From a candidate division WOR-3 bacterium (GTDB lineage: Bacteria; Hydrothermota; Tepidihabitantia; Tepidihabitantales; Tepidihabitantaceae): a stretch of DNA of 64,000 nucleotides. The notes beneath the pieces were generated by a model that saw only the letters and a list, made by a program, of their open reading frames with translations, did not search any database and was not told the origin of the DNA. Made by a program: the position numbers and the translations under genes. Below, piece by piece: positions 59,563 to 64,000 of the stretch (its first letter is position 1; the number at the start of each line of letters is the position of its first letter). The DNA lies in the NCBI GenBank assembly GCA_965649295.1, contig CBFGKH010000009.1:44284-108283 (forward strand), read 5' to 3'.

Positions 59563-60186
59563 CTAATCGGTCAGGACAATCTTGAACAAGCTGCTCTGGC
59601 TGCCGTTGTTCACCCTCAGTAGATATAGGCCAGCGGCAACCGCTCGGCCAGCACTGTCGCGACGATTCCAGACCAGTCCGTCAAAGCTCTGCACCAAAAG
59701 CCCGGCACCGTCATACACCTCGACACGTGGAACACTGCCTGCCGGAAGTGAGCCAATCAGGCGGACCGGGCCGCTGGTCGGGTTCTGGGCCGGCCGAATT
59801 GCGGCAGGTCTGGCCTGACCGATGCCGTTGATGCCAGCCGGCACGCGGGTGAACCTGACCATTGCATCCACTGGTGTTAGGTCAAACTCATACCAGACAC
59901 CCTCTTCGAATGTTGGTGGTCGCAGCGGTAGGTCGAGCGTGTCGTCAACTCGGGCATAGAGCCGGAAGCTGCGCGGGAACTGTCGCACATCGAAATAGGT
60001 CGTATCGTAGGTCATCGTGTCGCCGGCCCAGTCAACGACCTGAAAAACCTCGCCGTCAAAAGTCACTTGATTGACAACAACCCGGTGGCTGCCGGTAAAG
60101 AGTTCGCCCATCAACTGCAGACCTGATGCGGCCGAAGCGAACAGAGCGAAAAGAGCTAGTGAGACAGAGAACGCTTTGCGGGACAT
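59563..60186 (-). CDS. Small secreted protein with FlgD/T9SS-type CTD
   Basis: Signal peptide, QNP...VYD..G.LV....W...D..G..V.AG.Y; AGGAGG SD. Confidence 0.85.
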   Translation of the reverse strand: MSRKAFSVSLALFALFASAASGLQLMGELFTGSHRVVVNQVTFDGEVFQVVDWAGDTMTYDTTYFDVRQFPRSFRLYARVDDTLDLPLRPPTFEEGVWYEFDLTPVDAMVRFTRVPAGINGIGQARPAAIRPAQNPTSGPVRLIGSLPAGSVPRVEVYDGAGLLVQSFDGLVWNRRDSAGRAVAAGLYLLRVNNGSQSSLFKIVLTD

Positions 60187-60472
60187 TGCACCTCCTGAAG
60201 TGCGATTCTAGTTGCGCTATATTTGAGCTTATTCCTTGCTCGTCCGATGTCAAGCGTGGACATTTTGTTAGCCCGGTCGCGGCGACCACAGGCGACCACA
60301 AAAACCTATTGACAGCATACTAGGTGGGGGGGTAGAATAAGGCCCCAAGGGTCGCATCCGAAAAGTCAGAGCACGAGACAGGCCGAACAACGGTTCGGCC
60401 GCGGCTGCCGGATTGCCGGCGCCGTGTCTAACCAAAAAAGAGCGCGCAAGCGCAAAACCTATAGGAGGCACG

Positions 60473-63400
60473 ATGCAGAAAGGACTGCTAGGAGTCCTCG
60501 TGCTGGTGTTCGCAATCGGTGTCGCGGTAGCAGCAACGCCACCGCTTACGACCACCGGCACTGCTAAGACTGAGAAGCAGTTCGTGAAGCCACCGGAGTT
60601 GCCTGCTCCGGACCACTACGAGATAAAACCGCCACCACCAGGAATGGATCTTTGGTTCTACATCGGCACCGGTACTGCTACAACCAACGTCGCACCCTTC
60701 AACACCTACTGGGGCTATTCCTACAGCATCAGCATCTATACTGCCGCTGAGATTACTGGTGCGGGCGGTGGTCCTGGTACGATCACTGACCTCGCTTGGT
60801 ACGTGGCGACAGCCGGCGCGGGCACCACTTACCCGTTTAAGATCTGGTTGGCCAATACCACCTTGTCGCAGGTGCCCACTGGCCAGACCTGGGCACAGCA
60901 TATGGCGAACTTCAACCCGACGCTCGTCTATGACGGTACGCGCGCTTGGGCTGGCACTGGCTGGCTCACTCAGGCCATCACGCCGTTCCCATATACCGGC
61001 GAAAACCTGGCCGTGTTCTGCATGAAAGACGGCCCGGCAAACCAGTATGAGTACCCATATCCCTTCTGGCAATACACGAGCGTGACCAATGCCTGTGCCT
61101 ACGCTTACCAGGACCCGGCTCCGCCAACGGGCGCTTTGACTGTCTTCAGCAATCGGCCGAACATCGGGCTGAACATCACGACTGCGTCGAACCCGGTTGA
61201 CGGCGCGATTACGGCTCTCACTGGGGTCACGCCAGGTGACTACGTAGTTGGCGAATCTTTCACGGCTAGCGCAACCGTCATGAACTTTGGAACTGAGGAC
61301 ATTCCGGCTGGCACGACCATCAACCTCGACATCACTGGTCCGGGCGGGCCTTATAACCTGACCGCGACGACCGCTGCCGCGATTCCTCAATACGGCAATG
61401 AAGTCGTCACCTTCCCAGGCTGGACCTCAACTCAGACTGGTGTCTACACTTTCACTGCTTCCATCAATCTTGTCGGCGATGCTAACCCAGCCAACAACAG
61501 TCAATCAGTTACGCTGAAGGTCAATGCCTGGGTTGAGCGTTTTACCGATCCTACGTTCCCGCCTGAGCGCTGGACCCTCGGCAGTTCCTCGACACCCTGG
61601 TATCGTACGACATCATCGTTCTATAGCGCACCGGCGTCAGCCTGCTGGGACTGCTGGAACTACTATTCCGGTTCGGCTGACACCCTGACCTCGCCCCAGC
61701 TTGACCTCACTCAGAACTCGAACGACTCGCTCACCTTCTGGTTTGCGCGCAACAGCTACGCCGCCTACGACTATATCTACGTTGAGGCATCAACCAACGG
61801 TGGCGTTGATTGGACCACGCTACTTACGATCAACAGTGCTGGTGAGGCCTGGAATCGCCGCGCGATCGACCTCGAAGGTCTTACACAGACAAACCAGGCC
61901 TTCATTCGTTTCCGCGGCCTTAGCGGCTACGGGACTTACCATTTCATTGATGACGTCGCCGGCCCGCCGAACTACATTCCTCCGCATGACGTCGGTGTTG
62001 TTTCGATAGCCGCTGACCCGAACCCAGAGCCGGGTGTGCCCACTTCCTTGAGCGCAGTGGTCAAGAACTACGCGACGATTGACGAGCCGTCGGTACCGGT
62101 GGCACTCGAAATCAGCACCCCGACCGACGGAATCGTTCATGCCGAGACAGTCTTTGTCGCGATAGCAGCCGGTGCCGAAGTGCCGGTTTCCTTCACCGAC
62201 TGGATTCCGCCGGCCGAAGGAGCCTACTACGACACGGTCAAGACGCTGCTCCCTGATGACGGTTATCCGGGCAACGACCGGAAAGCAACAACCATCAGCG
62301 CGTCCTACTGGCTTGAAGTTGAACATGCCTACGACGACGGCGGCAACGAGGCCATGTACTGGGTTAATAATCCGTCGGACACCACTCACTGGTTCTCGAC
62401 GCGTATCACACCTCCGGGACCGAGCTTCCGCCTGAAATACGGTAAGTTCTATGTGGCAACAAGCGGAACGACGGCCTTCAACAGTTGTGGCGTTTATCCG
62501 GACAACGGCTCCGGCTTTGCCAACCTGACAGCGCCGATTGTGACCGTACCCAACAAGCCGGACGGGATTCAGACAAGCCTCACCTGGCAGAATGTTGACT
62601 TCGGCAATGTTGATGCTACTGCGCCGGGCGACATTTTCGTCTGCGTGCAGTGGCCACAAGGGTCAGCAACCGGCCCGTATGTTGGCGCTGACGCGAACAA
62701 CACCGGTCGTTCCGCTTGGACCAGTACCAACGGCTCAACGTGGAATGCCTGGGGCAGCCACAACTGGATGATGCGCATCGTGTTTGCGGTGCCGCGTCGC
62801 GATGCCGCCCTGCGTAGCATCACGTCGCCGCCGCCATCCTTCAACCTTGGCGGCAGTTATGTCCCGGCGGTCGTCGTCGCCAACGAAGGGGCATACGACC
62901 GTCCGATCGACGTTGCCTTCACGATCACCGACGCTGGCTCGAATGTCGTCTTTGCCGAGACGGTCTTTGGTCTCAACTTGCCTAGTGGCAGCTCGCAGAC
63001 TGTGAACTTCACCGGCGTGTGGACGCCGAGCCAGATGGGTGACTACACGATGACCGCGAAGGCGCTGATGGCCAACGACCAGCGGCCGTCGAACGACCAG
63101 GTCGTGGCCAACTGCCATGTCATCTACGACGACCTCGGCGTGACGAGCATCGTCCGGCCGAATCCGTCGGAGAACCCGGGCGTGGTTCCGGTCCGTGTCA
63201 ACTTCAGGAACTACGGCACCGAGCCGATTACCGCCAACCTCCGGGCTGAGTGCAATGACGGCTATGTCAGCGAGCGGAACGCCCAGAGCTTCGATCCGGG
63301 TGAGGAACGGCTGATTCAATTCGACCCCTGGCCGGCAGAAGGCGGTGTCTGGGAGTTCAAGTTCAAGCACTTCTATGCGGACATGAATCCCAGCAACGAC

Positions 63401-64000
63401 TCGATGCTGCATACGGTTTCGGTCGGCACCGTTGATATCGCCTGCGACCAGATTACGGTTCCGGCGGGCGACATTGACACGGTGATGACGGTCATCCCGG
63501 CGGCTTCGTTTACGAACAACGGTTCGGTCAGCCTCGCCTTCCAGGCGACCTACACGATTGACGACGGTTCTGATGCTGTCGTCTATACCGATGTCCAGAA
63601 CTTCACGCTGGCGGCTGGTCAGACGCAGACGTTCCAGTTTGTCGAGTGGCCGAAGCCGCACGCGCTGGGTGACAACTATGTAGCCAAGTGCTCGGTATTC
63701 GTCGCCGGCGACCAGAACCCTGCCAACAACGTCAAGACCAAGCCGTTCCGCGTTCGTCTCGTCCTCGAGAATCCGGGCTGGTATGCTCGTCGTGACACGA
63801 TGACCGGTGGCCCGGTCCGTGACGGCGGCGGCATCACCTACAACGCCGACAAAGGCCTCGTGTATGCCATCAAGGGCGGCAAGACCGACGAGTTCTGGCA
63901 GTACAACCCGGTCGAGACGACCTGGACCAAGCTCACTGACGTCACCGCTGGCACCAAGCCGGTCAACAAAGGCGCAGCCATCACCACCGGCGGCGGGTTC
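60473..64000 (+). CDS. Large secreted surface protein with CARDB/Ig-like repeats and Kelch-like repeats (runs off right edge)
   Basis: AGGAGG SD, MQKGLLGVLVLVFAIGVAVA signal, open for 1176 codons; repeated D.....I...V.N.G and D.NP.NN modules; YAIKGGKT.EFW.Y. Confidence 0.9.
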   Translation, partial: MQKGLLGVLVLVFAIGVAVAATPPLTTTGTAKTEKQFVKPPELPAPDHYEIKPPPPGMDLWFYIGTGTATTNVAPFNTYWGYSYSISIYTAAEITGAGGGPGTITDLAWYVATAGAGTTYPFKIWLANTTLSQVPTGQTWAQHMANFNPTLVYDGTRAWAGTGWLTQAITPFPYTGENLAVFCMKDGPANQYEYPYPFWQYTSVTNACAYAYQDPAPPTGALTVFSNRPNIGLNITTASNPVDGAITALTGVTPGDYVVGESFTASATVMNFGTEDIPAGTTINLDITGPGGPYNLTATTAAAIPQYGNEVVTFPGWTSTQTGVYTFTASINLVGDANPANNSQSVTLKVNAWVERFTDPTFPPERWTLGSSSTPWYRTTSSFYSAPASACWDCWNYYSGSADTLTSPQLDLTQNSNDSLTFWFARNSYAAYDYIYVEASTNGGVDWTTLLTINSAGEAWNRRAIDLEGLTQTNQAFIRFRGLSGYGTYHFIDDVAGPPNYIPPHDVGVVSIAADPNPEPGVPTSLSAVVKNYATIDEPSVPVALEISTPTDGIVHAETVFVAIAAGAEVPVSFTDWIPPAEGAYYDTVKTLLPDDGYPGNDRKATTISASYWLEVEHAYDDGGNEAMYWVNNPSDTTHWFSTRITPPGPSFRLKYGKFYVATSGTTAFNSCGVYPDNGSGFANLTAPIVTVPNKPDGIQTSLTWQNVDFGNVDATAPGDIFVCVQWPQGSATGPYVGADANNTGRSAWTSTNGSTWNAWGSHNWMMRIVFAVPRRDAALRSITSPPPSFNLGGSYVPAVVVANEGAYDRPIDVAFTITDAGSNVVFAETVFGLNLPSGSSQTVNFTGVWTPSQMGDYTMTAKALMANDQRPSNDQVVANCHVIYDDLGVTSIVRPNPSENPGVVPVRVNFRNYGTEPITANLRAECNDGYVSERNAQSFDPGEERLIQFDPWPAEGGVWEFKFKHFYADMNPSNDSMLHTVSVGTVDIACDQITVPAGDIDTVMTVIPAASFTNNGSVSLAFQATYTIDDGSDAVVYTDVQNFTLAAGQTQTFQFVEWPKPHALGDNYVAKCSVFVAGDQNPANNVKTKPFRVRLVLENPGWYARRDTMTGGPVRDGGGITYNADKGLVYAIKGGKTDEFWQYNPVETTWTKLTDVTAGTKPVNKGAAITTGGGF

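Noticed and set aside
60340..60420. c-di-GMP-I or cobalamin riboswitch in the surface-protein leader
   Set aside because: Only short word matches; the core motifs are absent.
60488..63661. Long minus-strand ORFs (300, 279 and 308 aa)
   Set aside because: Antisense shadows of the codon-biased surface-protein gene.
1..64000. CRISPR arrays, tRNA/rRNA, transposases, integrases, defence systems
   Set aside because: No repeat-spacer periodicity or recognisable motifs seen by eye.

Overview
Gene-dense chromosomal window with no rRNA, tRNA, CRISPR array or mobile element that I can see. The gene content suggests an anaerobic diderm FCB-group bacterium, WOR-3-like by inference: lipid A synthase, a group 3c-type [NiFe] hydrogenase, PorU/PorV/PorZ-like T9SS parts and many secreted proteins with FlgD/T9SS-type C-terminal domains. 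Housekeeping genes include fusA, accA, era, tmk, mutM, purA, hypB, nnr, ino1 and speB. Main findings: (1) a secreted T9SS-type protein at 37747-39675 is interrupted by one in-frame TGA directly after a Cys and followed by a SECIS-like hairpin with the AGGUCU apex, so it is a candidate new Cys-Sec selenoprotein. (2) A seven-gene cluster at 42338-50535 combines a homoisocitrate-type dehydrogenase, an HD protein, two different aconitase-family dehydratases and a CitD-CitE fusion plus CitF, with no citC/citG/citX, so it is a candidate new (homo)citrate pathway. (3) An unannotated 54-aa microprotein with two CCxxCx5C motifs has a hairpin-sequestered RBS. (4) A recurring TTGAC-N16-TANNNT promoter often sits just upstream of SD-less start codons. 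All calls come from reading motifs by eye; no database searches were run.
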